Below are positions 1-8,935 of a stretch of 64,000 nucleotides of DNA, piece by piece. A model generated the notes under the pieces. It saw only the letters and a list, made by a program, of their open reading frames with translations, made no database searches and was not told the DNA's origin. The translations under genes were made by a program, and so were the position numbers. The stretch is taken from contig CAVSOU010000007.1 of assembly GCA_963729625.1 (NCBI GenBank), forward strand, positions 512,001 through 576,000. The letters run 5' to 3'. The stretch is from an uncultured bacterium (GTDB taxonomy: Bacteria; Chloroflexota; UBA5177; JANWHV01). Position 1 is the stretch's first letter; every line of letters starts with the position of its first letter.

Positions 1-308
1 TACCTGCACCGCGCCCGATCAACCAGGCGGGTGGTTGGGGAGTTGGAGGGCCGTGTCCGCGGCGTACATCCTGCAGCCGGTCCTATACCCTGAGTTACCG
101 CTTGCCCGCTTGACCTGTTTTCGGCCCGCTCCAAGAACCCGGTCTTGCGTCTGATCACATTGCTGCTCACAAACCCGGTGCTCTTCCGCCGAGAAGCGTA
201 TTTGCGGTCCCACATCTACGGCGCTGCCATGGCACCGATGCGCAGCGACGCGGCGGCAGCCAATGCGCTGCCCTACCACGTCGTCCTTCTGGAAGACTGC
301 CACGACGA

Positions 309-337
309 ACCTTAGGATCCTGAGGAACGGCTGTCAA
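309..337 (-). promoter_or_regulatory. sigma70-type promoter pointing out of the left edge
   Basis: Minus strand TTGACA (337-332), 17-nt spacer, TAAGGT (314-309). Confidence 0.6.
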
Positions 338-404
338 GTAGGTTATGAAGAAACTCTACTCCAGGCTGCGCTTCCCAGTCTCTTCGTTCCCGCGGTTCCT
401 GTGG

Positions 405-1265
405 TCAGGCGAGAATTACGTCTCGGTCTTGCGGCGTGTTGCACGCGATCAAGTCTTCGTCCAGGCTGGCGACGTGCGCCAGGGCGTCGATAGGCGAGGA
501 CGGGAGCGCTCCACCGAAACGACGTTGTGCCAGGGCGCGTTGAAGCAGCGGCCTCATTGCGTCCGGTGCGAGCACTGACAGGCCCACGCGGACGCGTCCC
601 CGAGCTCGGTCCGGCACGGCATACCGAACCGCCACCTCAGTCCGGTTGACCTCGTGCAGCATCAGGACCTCCACTTCGGCGCTGGTCGCCGCAAGGAGAT
701 ACTGGCGATCGCTTTCCACACCAGCAGGCTCAGTGGCGATCACCATGGACAGCCCTCCCTCGCTGACGTCCACCACCTCGGCCCGCCAGACCTTGCCGCC
801 GGCGTAGAGCCGGGCCGCGGCAGTGACGTGCCAGCGCTCGCTGGCACGCATGGACACCTCCAGGGCTGCGTCGGTTGGTCGCGTGAGCGCCCGCAGAGCG
901 TCCAGGACATCGTCTCGCAAGGCGCAGGCCTCGCGCCGCGCGCGCCAGCGCTCCAGCACACCGTCGAGCTGCGAAGCCCTGGCGGCAAACTGGCCGCTGA
1001 CCCAAACGGCCGTGCCTGGGCGCTCGCGCGCCTCCCCTGCGTAGGCGGCAAAGCGCAGCCGCAGCACGGCGAGCGGCCCATCCTCTAGTGTGAGCAACAC
1101 GGCGTGGGCATCACCAATGCGGCGCGACGTCCATCGATGCCGGCGGCCAACGCTGGACGAGAAGCGCAGCAGCATCACCAATACAGATTCCGGCTCTGCC
1201 GCAATCGGCAGCACGATCGGAGTCAGCTCCTGCAGATGCCCGATGCCGGGCCTACCAGTCGTCAT
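405..1265 (-). CDS. PilZ-domain (c-di-GMP-binding) protein with unknown N-terminal domain
   Basis: RxxxR (RASER) followed by DxSxGG (DVSEGG) in the C-terminal half; GAGGA SD upstream. Confidence 0.7.
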   Translation of the reverse strand: MTTGRPGIGHLQELTPIVLPIAAEPESVLVMLLRFSSSVGRRHRWTSRRIGDAHAVLLTLEDGPLAVLRLRFAAYAGEARERPGTAVWVSGQFAARASQLDGVLERWRARREACALRDDVLDALRALTRPTDAALEVSMRASERWHVTAAARLYAGGKVWRAEVVDVSEGGLSMVIATEPAGVESDRQYLLAATSAEVEVLMLHEVNRTEVAVRYAVPDRARGRVRVGLSVLAPDAMRPLLQRALAQRRFGGALPSSPIDALAHVASLDEDLIACNTPQDRDVILA

Positions 1266-1503
1266 AGGGATCCTCGCTCGTCTTCCATGGCCTTTCTACT
1301 ATATGCGAGGAACATCATGTTGCCAGTACCTATTTGGGCCATATGCAGTGCCCCCCCGCGCGGGGAATCGGCCGCGTCAGAAAGCCGATGGCGGGCGTCG
1401 CCAGCAGCCGCCGCGCGACAATTCCTTGACAGCCGTGGTCGCCCTGCTATTCCCAGGCGAGCCTGGCCAGGTCCCCGGCAAACATGGCCGCCAGTGGGAA
1501 GAC

Positions 1504-2109
1504 CTAGACAACGACGTTGCGGCGCCGGACCCGGCACCTTTCGGCTCGGATAATGCAGTCAATCTGGTCCACCGCCCGGTCGAGCTCATCGTGCTTGTTC
1601 ACCACCACGTAGTCGTAGCTCTCTACAGCGTCCATCTCGACGTAGGCGGTGAGCATCCGCTCCGCGATCTGCTGTTCGGTTTCCGTGTTTCTCTGCTTGA
1701 GGCGCTCGAGCAAATCATCGATGGATGGGGGCGCTAGGAAGATGAACACGGCTTCCGGCACCCGGCTCTTGACTTGCCGCGCCCCCTGAACGTCGATCTT
1801 GAGAAGCACGTCCGCGCCTTCTTCCAGTTGGGCGCGTACCTGAGTCCGCGGCGTACCGTAGCGATTTCCCGCTACGACTGCCGACTCGAGCAGTTCGTTC
1901 CGCTTGAACATCTCCGCGAACTCATCGGGAGAGAAGAAGAAGTAGTCCACCCCATGCTGTTCGTTCGGACGCCGCTGGCGTGTCGTCGCGGTAATCACGT
2001 GGTATATGTCCGTGCCGAGAGCCTTGAGGCGCTCGATTGCCGCATCTTTTCCCACGCCCGACGGGCCGGACAGGACGAAGAGCAGCCCGCCGGCTGCGGG
2101 TTCACTCAT
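1504..2109 (-). CDS. gmk: guanylate kinase
   Basis: LSGPSGVGKD P-loop, TTRQRRPNEQHGVDYFF, YGTP, IDVQGA; start trimmed to MSEPAAGG overlapping the remA end. Confidence 0.96.
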   Translation of the reverse strand: MSEPAAGGLLFVLSGPSGVGKDAAIERLKALGTDIYHVITATTRQRRPNEQHGVDYFFFSPDEFAEMFKRNELLESAVVAGNRYGTPRTQVRAQLEEGADVLLKIDVQGARQVKSRVPEAVFIFLAPPSIDDLLERLKQRNTETEQQIAERMLTAYVEMDAVESYDYVVVNKHDELDRAVDQIDCIIRAERCRVRRRNVVV

Positions 2110-2407
2110 CAGGGTCGCTTTCCTCCAACGTGGCTGCCGGGTCTCCGAAACGTCGCACAACAGTTGTGGTCGGCAAGAAGCTCGCGACCATGTGCCCATC
2201 GTCAAGCACGACGACAGAACGCAGCTCGCGATGCTGGCTCACGTCGAGCAGCTTGCCAGAATCCTTGCCTTCTCGGATCACGCGCCGAATAGGCGCCGTG
2301 TTGCTCGCAAGGATCGCCACGACGCGGTGTGCCACCACGTAGTTCTGTGCGCCGACGTTCACCATTTCATTCTTGCCCATTGCAGCCTCGCCTTCCTGCT
2401 TCGCCAT
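2102..2407 (-). CDS. remA: DUF370/RemA-family regulator
   Basis: NVG..NYV.AHRVVAI, APIRRVIRE, LLDVS..RELRSVVVLDDGH; conserved position upstream of gmk; alternative start 2380. Confidence 0.85.
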   Translation of the reverse strand: MAKQEGEAAMGKNEMVNVGAQNYVVAHRVVAILASNTAPIRRVIREGKDSGKLLDVSQHRELRSVVVLDDGHMVASFLPTTTVVRRFGDPAATLEESDPDE

Positions 2408-2745
2408 CTTCAGGATCCTCCACTCGGCCCGCTGGAAACCACACGCATACGTCCATTATTGGCCGCTGAACCTGAATAATGCAATCAGTGCCGTTTTGGC
2501 TCGACCACGGTACCGAAACCCTTCAATGGTGCAGTGTGCCCTGGTCACACGCCGTCAATCGAGTGCTCTCCCGAATGCACGCCTCAAGAGGAAGATTGGA
2601 CGCCGACCTCGATGAAGACACGTGATTTCGTCGAAGCGCTCGAGATTTGCCGGCACAGAATGCGCGCGCGTCTCGCGCGTGATGGTCGGACGGGGAGAGC
2701 ATGCCACGCTCCGTACGAATAGGTGAAGCGTCTATACTTGGAAAT

Positions 2746-4509
2746 ATGCCATACGATTCGATCGTGACTCGGGCCGTCGCGGAAGATCTGCGACTCCATC
2801 TTGTCGGTGGCAGGGTCGACAAGGTCGTGCAGCCTGAGGAGCTCTCCGTCGCCTTGTTGCTGCGCGCCGAACATGCCAACCAGTGGCTGCTCATGTCTGC
2901 CCATGCGCAGCGCGCCACGGTGCGCCGAACGTTGTCTCGACAGGCGGCAGCATTCAGCGAGCCCACGCCTTTTGTCATGCTGCTGCGAAAGCACCTGGAA
3001 GGCGCAAGGCTGAGCGCGGTCTCGCAGGTTGGCGTCGACCGCGTGTTGCGCCATGTCTTCGTGCGCGGAGCGGATGAGACGGTGTTGATCGCCGAGATAA
3101 TCGGTCGGTACAGCAACGTAATCCTCACTGCGTCCGACTCGACGGTGCTTGGCGCCTTGAAGGTGGTGCGGTCCACCGAGAACCGTGTGCGCGTGATCGT
3201 GCCGCGAAAGCCATATGTTCCGCCGCCTGCGCCGATGCAGGCCCCTCCGTACCAAGAACGCGCGAAGCTAGATCCCATTCATGGTCTTGCCGGGGATCTT
3301 GCCGCCGCACTCAGCGGCATTGACCCAACAGCTTGCCTGTGGAAGTCGCTGCTCGACATCGTCGATGGATTGAGCCCCACGGTTGCACGCGAAACAGTGT
3401 TCCAGGTAACTGGCGCCGTCGACGCGCCCGTTGCACAGGCAGCCGGTCTTGCTCAGGCCTCCGCGCTGCTTGACATGACACGGATGCTGTACTCGCCTGC
3501 ACGCGGTCTCCCCTGCGCCGTTCGACAGGGCGAGAAGCTGCTGGACTTTGCCGCGTTCCCTCTGCACCATCGGGGCATCGCGCCGACGACCTATCCTGAC
3601 ATCACGACCCTGCTGGACGACGTTCAGTTTGCTCCTGACACAGGAGATGCCATGGCGGCGCGGCGGGGGCCGGTTGTGGCCACGGTCGAGATTTTGCGCA
3701 AGAATGCTCGGCGCAAGATTGCCTCGCTGCAGGGATCGCTTGTCGGCGAGTCCGTACTCGCGGACATGCGCGCGCGTGGCGAAATGGTGCTCGCCTACCA
3801 GCACGCGATCGAGGTCGGCGCGAAGGAGCTTGTGGTGCCTGACACGGCGATGAGATTCGCGCTCGACCCAGAGCTGACGCCAGTGGAGAATGCTCAGCGC
3901 TTCTTCAAACAGTATGGAAAGGCGCGCGATGCTGCCCGCGTGGTGCCCGCGCTGTTGGATGCCGCACGTCAAGAGCTCGAGTATCTCGACCAGCTGGCGG
4001 TGCACGCGACGGCTGCTGACGACCCCCAGTCTCTCGCCGCCGTGCGCGAGGACTTGCGCGAGCTCACTGCCACCCCGGAAGAGACCGCACAGCGCGCCAA
4101 GAAAGAGGCACAGCGCGCCAAGCGGGGTAAAGCGCGGAGGGGTACGCCTGCGATAAATCCGCTTCGGGTGCGAGCTTCCGACGGGAGCGAGATCCTGGTG
4201 GGGCGGAGCGCCAAGCAAAACGATGCCGTAACGTTTGACATGGCCGGCTCGCAGGACATATGGCTGCACGCGCGGCGCATCCCCGGCGCGCACGTGATCC
4301 TGCGCGCGGTCGGGCACCCGCCCGATCCCGCCGCCCTGCTGATGGCGGCGACCCTGGCCGCGGCCCACAGCCAGGCGCGGGGTGCTACCACTGTGCCGGT
4401 CGACTACACCCTGGTGCGCAATGTGCACCGTATCAAGGGAGCCAAGCCCGGACTCGTCTACTATTCGGGTGAGACGACGCTCAACGTCCGGCCGGACACA
4501 GCGGATTGA
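2746..4509 (+). CDS. rqcH: ribosome quality-control factor RqcH (NFACT/FbpA family)
   Basis: MPYD start, FVMLLRKHLEG, DRVL, EIIGRYSNVIL, ENAQRFFKQYGKA, ILVGRSAKQND, WLHARRIPGAHV. Confidence 0.93.
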   Translation: MPYDSIVTRAVAEDLRLHLVGGRVDKVVQPEELSVALLLRAEHANQWLLMSAHAQRATVRRTLSRQAAAFSEPTPFVMLLRKHLEGARLSAVSQVGVDRVLRHVFVRGADETVLIAEIIGRYSNVILTASDSTVLGALKVVRSTENRVRVIVPRKPYVPPPAPMQAPPYQERAKLDPIHGLAGDLAAALSGIDPTACLWKSLLDIVDGLSPTVARETVFQVTGAVDAPVAQAAGLAQASALLDMTRMLYSPARGLPCAVRQGEKLLDFAAFPLHHRGIAPTTYPDITTLLDDVQFAPDTGDAMAARRGPVVATVEILRKNARRKIASLQGSLVGESVLADMRARGEMVLAYQHAIEVGAKELVVPDTAMRFALDPELTPVENAQRFFKQYGKARDAARVVPALLDAARQELEYLDQLAVHATAADDPQSLAAVREDLRELTATPEETAQRAKKEAQRAKRGKARRGTPAINPLRVRASDGSEILVGRSAKQNDAVTFDMAGSQDIWLHARRIPGAHVILRAVGHPPDPAALLMAATLAAAHSQARGATTVPVDYTLVRNVHRIKGAKPGLVYYSGETTLNVRPDTAD

Positions 4510-4620
4510 TGCGGCGGGCGCGGGGCACACCCCACAGCTAGCTCGCACGCCGAAACTCCTCTGCGTGAACGTCTAGATCTCCATCAATGACGTTCAACGT
4601 GCGGCCGGACTCAGTGGATT
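4476..4620 (+). repeat. 32-nt direct repeat (28/32 identical) duplicating the rqcH 3' end
   Basis: gacgctcaacgtccggccggacacagcggatt (4476-4507) vs gacgttcaacgtgcggccggactcagtggatt (4589-4620). Confidence 0.85.
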
Positions 4621-4645
4621 ACGCCACACCGGCTGCCAAGGCACG

Positions 4646-5191
4646 CTACTTCGTCATCGCAGCGATCCACTCGCGCAGTTGCTTGTCCCACAGCGGCTCG
4701 TCGCGGAAGAACGCGCGCAACCATTCGCGCATCCTGGCAGTGTCGCGAGAAGTCGGGTCGAGCACGCGCGCGAAGTATTCGGCCAGCTTTCGGGAATTGT
4801 CCGAATGCCCGCGCACGACCGCATCCAGGAAGGCGGCAAACTTGTCGCGGTGTTTCGCGGTCTCGTACGGCCGCTTGAAGTAGTTGCTGGCGGTGCGCTC
4901 AACGCGCCTGCTGCGTCGGTCTTCAAGCCACTTGCCAAGCGGTGTGGCCGGCAACTTCTGAATCTGCTCACGGCGGATTGCGTCCACGGTTGTGTCCTCG
5001 AGCGGATCGACAGCCAGCGCATCCTGTTCGACGTCCAACACCTGGTGAACTTGCCGCCGAAACTTGCGGTTCGCCTGCTCCTTGACCGGGGTTGCATGCG
5101 GTGAAGGCTTCTTGCGTTGCTCCGCACGGATCACGTGATCGCGCGTGTACGAGAGTGCCTTCTTCTCCTGGGGCGCTTTGCGCTCAGACAT
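4646..5191 (-). CDS. hypothetical protein, basic N-terminus
   Basis: 181-aa ORF with GGGGAGG SD and GC-rich third codon positions; PQEKKALSYTRD N-terminal motif. Confidence 0.75.
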   Translation of the reverse strand: MSERKAPQEKKALSYTRDHVIRAEQRKKPSPHATPVKEQANRKFRRQVHQVLDVEQDALAVDPLEDTTVDAIRREQIQKLPATPLGKWLEDRRSRRVERTASNYFKRPYETAKHRDKFAAFLDAVVRGHSDNSRKLAEYFARVLDPTSRDTARMREWLRAFFRDEPLWDKQLREWIAAMTK

Positions 5192-5340
5192 TCGTGCCTC
5201 CCCTGTACGAACTCAACTGCGAAACCCCTGTCGATGCCTATTCCTCGCAACCCTCCCCCTCTATCTTCCATCGTTCCGGCGATAAAGCATAGGACATCGC
5301 TTATCTCCGACGAGCAGCTAACAATCAATGCCGCTTATCT

Positions 5341-5904
5341 TCACGCCACGCTATTGGTTTCGGCAAGGGCGGCCTCACCTGATGGGCTCGCGGGATGAAG
5401 CTTCTGGGCCGCGGGCCTGAACACGAAGCGTTTCGAGACCACGAAGTTCATTGAGAACGCAGCGATGATGCCGGCCGCGTCCGCCGGCAGGTAGTGCAGG
5501 CCGGCATGCATGAGCAACGAGAACGCGTAAATGTTCACGATGAGGCCTGCCAGCGAGCTTATCTGCGCCTTCACCGCGCGAATCGGCCAGTCCCAGCCCC
5601 GGAGATGTGTCTGCTCATGATAGGTAAACTTCTGGTTGCCGTAGAAGTTGATCAGGGTGCTGCAGATGAACGCCAGGGTCCAGGACAGCTTCATCGGAGC
5701 GCCTAGTAGCGCGTAGAAGAACCACAGGAAGCCCATGTTGATCGGGATGCCGACACCGCCGACAAGAGCAAACCGGATCGCTCGGGCTGCGAGCAGTCTC
5801 CGCGCTATGGCCGGCCATCCACGACGTAGCAAGCCCACCAACACCTCCTGTATTGCGCCGGAGTCCGTTGTGGGAGCACCGTACCACAGGGATGAACCCT
5901 TCAC
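5341..5904 (-). CDS. GtrA-family membrane protein
   Basis: RFALVGGVG, NFYGNQKFTY, NFVVSKRFVF; about four hydrophobic helices; start uncertain. Confidence 0.85.
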   Translation of the reverse strand: MKGSSLWYGAPTTDSGAIQEVLVGLLRRGWPAIARRLLAARAIRFALVGGVGIPINMGFLWFFYALLGAPMKLSWTLAFICSTLINFYGNQKFTYHEQTHLRGWDWPIRAVKAQISSLAGLIVNIYAFSLLMHAGLHYLPADAAGIIAAFSMNFVVSKRFVFRPAAQKLHPASPSGEAALAETNSVA

Positions 5905-6033
5905 AATCCCCGTTTTGTACTCAGGGCCATGCCGAGCCTCAAGGTAATGCGGGAATGCGCGCCGGGGAGATTCCGGTACGCGCCGTGAGCGGGGGGGGTC
6001 TCACGCGTGGAGTCGGTTTGCCGTTTGCACGAC

Positions 6034-7785
6034 CTAGAACGGAAGCGTTGGCTGCCCCTGAGCGCGCGCGAGCAAATCGCCGGCGGCACGGAGCGTGCTG
6101 TCGGTGACGGGGGTGCCTCCGAGCATGGCGGCAATCTCGCGAACACGCTCATTGCCGCGCAGCGTGGTCACGACTGCGCGCGTCCGGTCGGCCACGATCT
6201 GCTTTTCCACCCGGAGATGCGCGTTGCCCAGCGCTGCGACCTGCGGCAGATGTGTGATGCAGAGTACCTGGTGATCGTGTGCCAGGTCGCGCAGCTTCTC
6301 TCCGACGACCTGGCCACCGCGGCCGCCCACACCCGTGTCAACTTCGTCGAATATGAGCGTCGGCGTGCGATCGGCAGTCGACAGAATTGTCTTCAACGCG
6401 AGCATCAGGCGTGAGGTCTCGCCACCGGAGGCGATGCGGGCAAGCGGCTTGAGGTCTTCGCCCACGTTTGGCGATACGCGGAACTCCACGCGGTCCAGCC
6501 CGGTGTCGTCGCAGGCAAAGCGAGTGTCTACGCCCGGCACGGGAACGCCTTCGGCGCTCGACCGACGCTCCAGCGCGACGTCGAACCGCGCGCGCTGCAT
6601 GTTCAGGTCGCCCAACTGGGCTTCTACGCGCCGTGCCAGGTCCTGGGCTGCCTGCTGTCGGGCGGTGGACAACGCGGCCGCCTCTCTACCGATCTCGACA
6701 CGAACCTGCTCGACCTGGGCCGCGAGCTCTTCGAGCCGATCCTCCGTGTTGAGCAGCTCCGCGCGTTCCGCCGCGGCGTTCCGGCCAAACTCGATGACGT
6801 CCGCCACGGTGGCGCCGCCGTACTTGCGTTTCAGCAACTGGAGCAGCATCGCCCGCTCTTCGAGGATGCTGAGTCGACCGGGGTCAGCTTCGATCGAGGC
6901 ACGGTAACGAGCTAGGTCGTGGGCCACCTCGTCAACCGCGATGAGCGCGTTCCGCAGGGCCTCCACAAGGGCCAACTGGCTAGCGTCCACGCGCGCGAGT
7001 TCGCTCAGCATCTGCGTTGCCCGAGTAAGGAGGTCCACGGCGCTATCGTCGCCCCTTGCACTTTCGCTGAGGAGTGCCTGCGCGCTCGCGCCAAGACCCG
7101 CCAGGCGGTCGGCATTCGCCAATATCACTCGTTCTGCCTCCAGGGCTGCCTCCTCGCCTGCTGCGAGCTGCGCCGCGTCAATCTCCGCGATCTGATAGCG
7201 CAGCGCGTCGAGGCGCCGCTCCGCATCCAGACGGGACGAGCGCAACCGGGTTTCATCGGCCTCAATGGCATGCAGCCGGTGAACGAGCGCGGCGACAATG
7301 CTGCGCTGCTCGAGGGTGCCGGCAAAGCGGTCAAGCAAGTCCACGTGGCCCGCCACCCGAAAGAGTGAGAGATGCTCGCCCTGACCGTGTATGTCCACGA
7401 GCAGCTCGCCAACGGCGGCCAATACCGAGATTGGTACCGCGCGGGCATTGATTCGCGCCGTGCTGCGGCCTGCCACGCTGATCTCGCGGGACATGATGAG
7501 CGTGTTGTCGGCCTGGTCAAACAGGTCAAAGCCCTCGAGTGCAAGAACGACGGCGTCCACTATGTCCGGCGAATCGAGGGTGAAAATCGCTTCCACGCGG
7601 GCCGTTCGCGCGCCGGTGCGGACCATCTCCCCGTTGGTTCTTCCGCCAAGCACTGCTTCGACGGCGTCGATAATGATCGACTTGCCGGCACCCGTCTCGC
7701 CGGTCAGCACGCAGAAACCTGAGTCGAACGCCACGACCAGGTTATCGATAATCGCGAAATCGGTGATCGCCAGTTCCTGGAGCAT
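6034..7785 (-). CDS. recN: DNA repair protein RecN
   Basis: LTGETGAGKSI, DIHGQGEH, ASGGETSRLMLALK, FDEVDTGVGG, CITHLPQVAA. Confidence 0.97.
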   Translation of the reverse strand: MLQELAITDFAIIDNLVVAFDSGFCVLTGETGAGKSIIIDAVEAVLGGRTNGEMVRTGARTARVEAIFTLDSPDIVDAVVLALEGFDLFDQADNTLIMSREISVAGRSTARINARAVPISVLAAVGELLVDIHGQGEHLSLFRVAGHVDLLDRFAGTLEQRSIVAALVHRLHAIEADETRLRSSRLDAERRLDALRYQIAEIDAAQLAAGEEAALEAERVILANADRLAGLGASAQALLSESARGDDSAVDLLTRATQMLSELARVDASQLALVEALRNALIAVDEVAHDLARYRASIEADPGRLSILEERAMLLQLLKRKYGGATVADVIEFGRNAAAERAELLNTEDRLEELAAQVEQVRVEIGREAAALSTARQQAAQDLARRVEAQLGDLNMQRARFDVALERRSSAEGVPVPGVDTRFACDDTGLDRVEFRVSPNVGEDLKPLARIASGGETSRLMLALKTILSTADRTPTLIFDEVDTGVGGRGGQVVGEKLRDLAHDHQVLCITHLPQVAALGNAHLRVEKQIVADRTRAVVTTLRGNERVREIAAMLGGTPVTDSTLRAAGDLLARAQGQPTLPF

Positions 7786-7895
7786 GCATTCATTCTACCG
7801 GGCGCTACGCACGGCTATCGCGATCTCCTCAAGCGCGTAGACAGCAGAGCGGGCTCCATCGCTGTGGCACAGCAGCTCGACACTACACGTAGAAT

Positions 7896-7971
7896 AGAAC
7901 GAACGGTCGTTCTTGATCAGGGGGGTCCGTACTCACTATGATGAAGCTGCAAAAGAACGGGCATTCGTTTT
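7896..7971. promoter_or_regulatory. palindromic operator pair between recN and the divergent membrane gene
   Basis: AGAACGAACGGTCGTTCT (7896-7913) directly after TAGAAT (7890-7895); it contains GAAC-N4-GTTC; a related inverted copy (14/18) lies at 7954-7971. Confidence 0.6.
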
Positions 7972-7978
7972 GGGAGAC

Positions 7979-8935
7979 ATGATGGCCAATCGAGCGCAAC
8001 TGCGGCTGCTTGCCGTTCCCTTGTTGGTGCCTTTGCTGGTGGCCTTCGCCTTGACCATGTTCGCCTGGCCGAGCGCGAACCTTCAGCCACGCGACTTGCC
8101 CCTCGGCCTGGTTGGGCAGACCCGGGCCACGGCGGCGATCGCGGCCCACCTGCAGGCGGCGACCGACTCGGGCTTCGACTTGCAGTATTACACCGACGAG
8201 CCGAGTGCGCGCGCCGCGATCACCAGACGCGACGTCTATGGGGCCATCGTCATCAGCCGGACCGTTACCACGCTGCTCATCGCTTCAGCTGCAGGTCCAA
8301 TGGTGGCACAGCTTCTGACTCAAGCCCTGACTGCCGGCGCTTCCGAGGCGCCGACGCGTGTCGTCGACGTCGTGCCGACTCCGGCCAATGACCCGCGCGG
8401 CGCGGCGTTCGGTTCTTCCGTGCTGCCATTCGTGCTCAGCGGCGTGATTGCCGCGATCCTCATCGCCCTTCTGGGATCAGTCGTCACGTTCCAGGCCATG
8501 GCACTGGTGGTTACTGCCTGCCTCGCGGGACTCGTGGCCGACGGGATCGCACAGGGTTGGCTCGGCGTCTTGCGCGGCAGCTGGGCCGCGAACTCTGGCG
8601 TGTTTATGCTGAGCCTGCTGGCTATCTCCGCCACCATCGTGGGGCTCAAGAGCTTGCTCGGCTATCCGGGCATGGGCGCCGGCGCGTTTCTGATGATGTT
8701 CGTGGGCAACCCGCTCTCCGGCGCCACGTCCGCGCCAGAGCTCCTGCCCAGACCCTGGGGCTCTCTGGGGCAACTGCTACCCCCCGGCGCCGGGGCAAAC
8801 TTGCTGCGCTCCACGGCGTTCTTTGGTGGGGCAGGCGCAAGCACCCATCTTGCCGTCCTCATCGCCTGGATACTGGTTGGCTTTGCGGCGCTTCTAGCCT
8901 CGGGTTTGACGGCGACCCCATCACCGGCGTCATGA
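7979..8935 (+). CDS. DUF3533/ABC-2-type membrane protein
   Basis: PRDLPLGLVG, RDVYGAIV, DVVPTP.NDPRG, GNPLSGATSAPELLP, LLPPGAG..LLRS; GGGAG SD. Confidence 0.8.
   Translation: MMANRAQLRLLAVPLLVPLLVAFALTMFAWPSANLQPRDLPLGLVGQTRATAAIAAHLQAATDSGFDLQYYTDEPSARAAITRRDVYGAIVISRTVTTLLIASAAGPMVAQLLTQALTAGASEAPTRVVDVVPTPANDPRGAAFGSSVLPFVLSGVIAAILIALLGSVVTFQAMALVVTACLAGLVADGIAQGWLGVLRGSWAANSGVFMLSLLAISATIVGLKSLLGYPGMGAGAFLMMFVGNPLSGATSAPELLPRPWGSLGQLLPPGAGANLLRSTAFFGGAGASTHLAVLIAWILVGFAALLASGLTATPSPAS

Noticed and set aside
19-303. 94-aa minus-strand ORF starting at the predicted TSS
   Set aside because: Exact antisense of plus frame 1, atypical composition, no motif; retained only as part of the ambiguous left-edge finding
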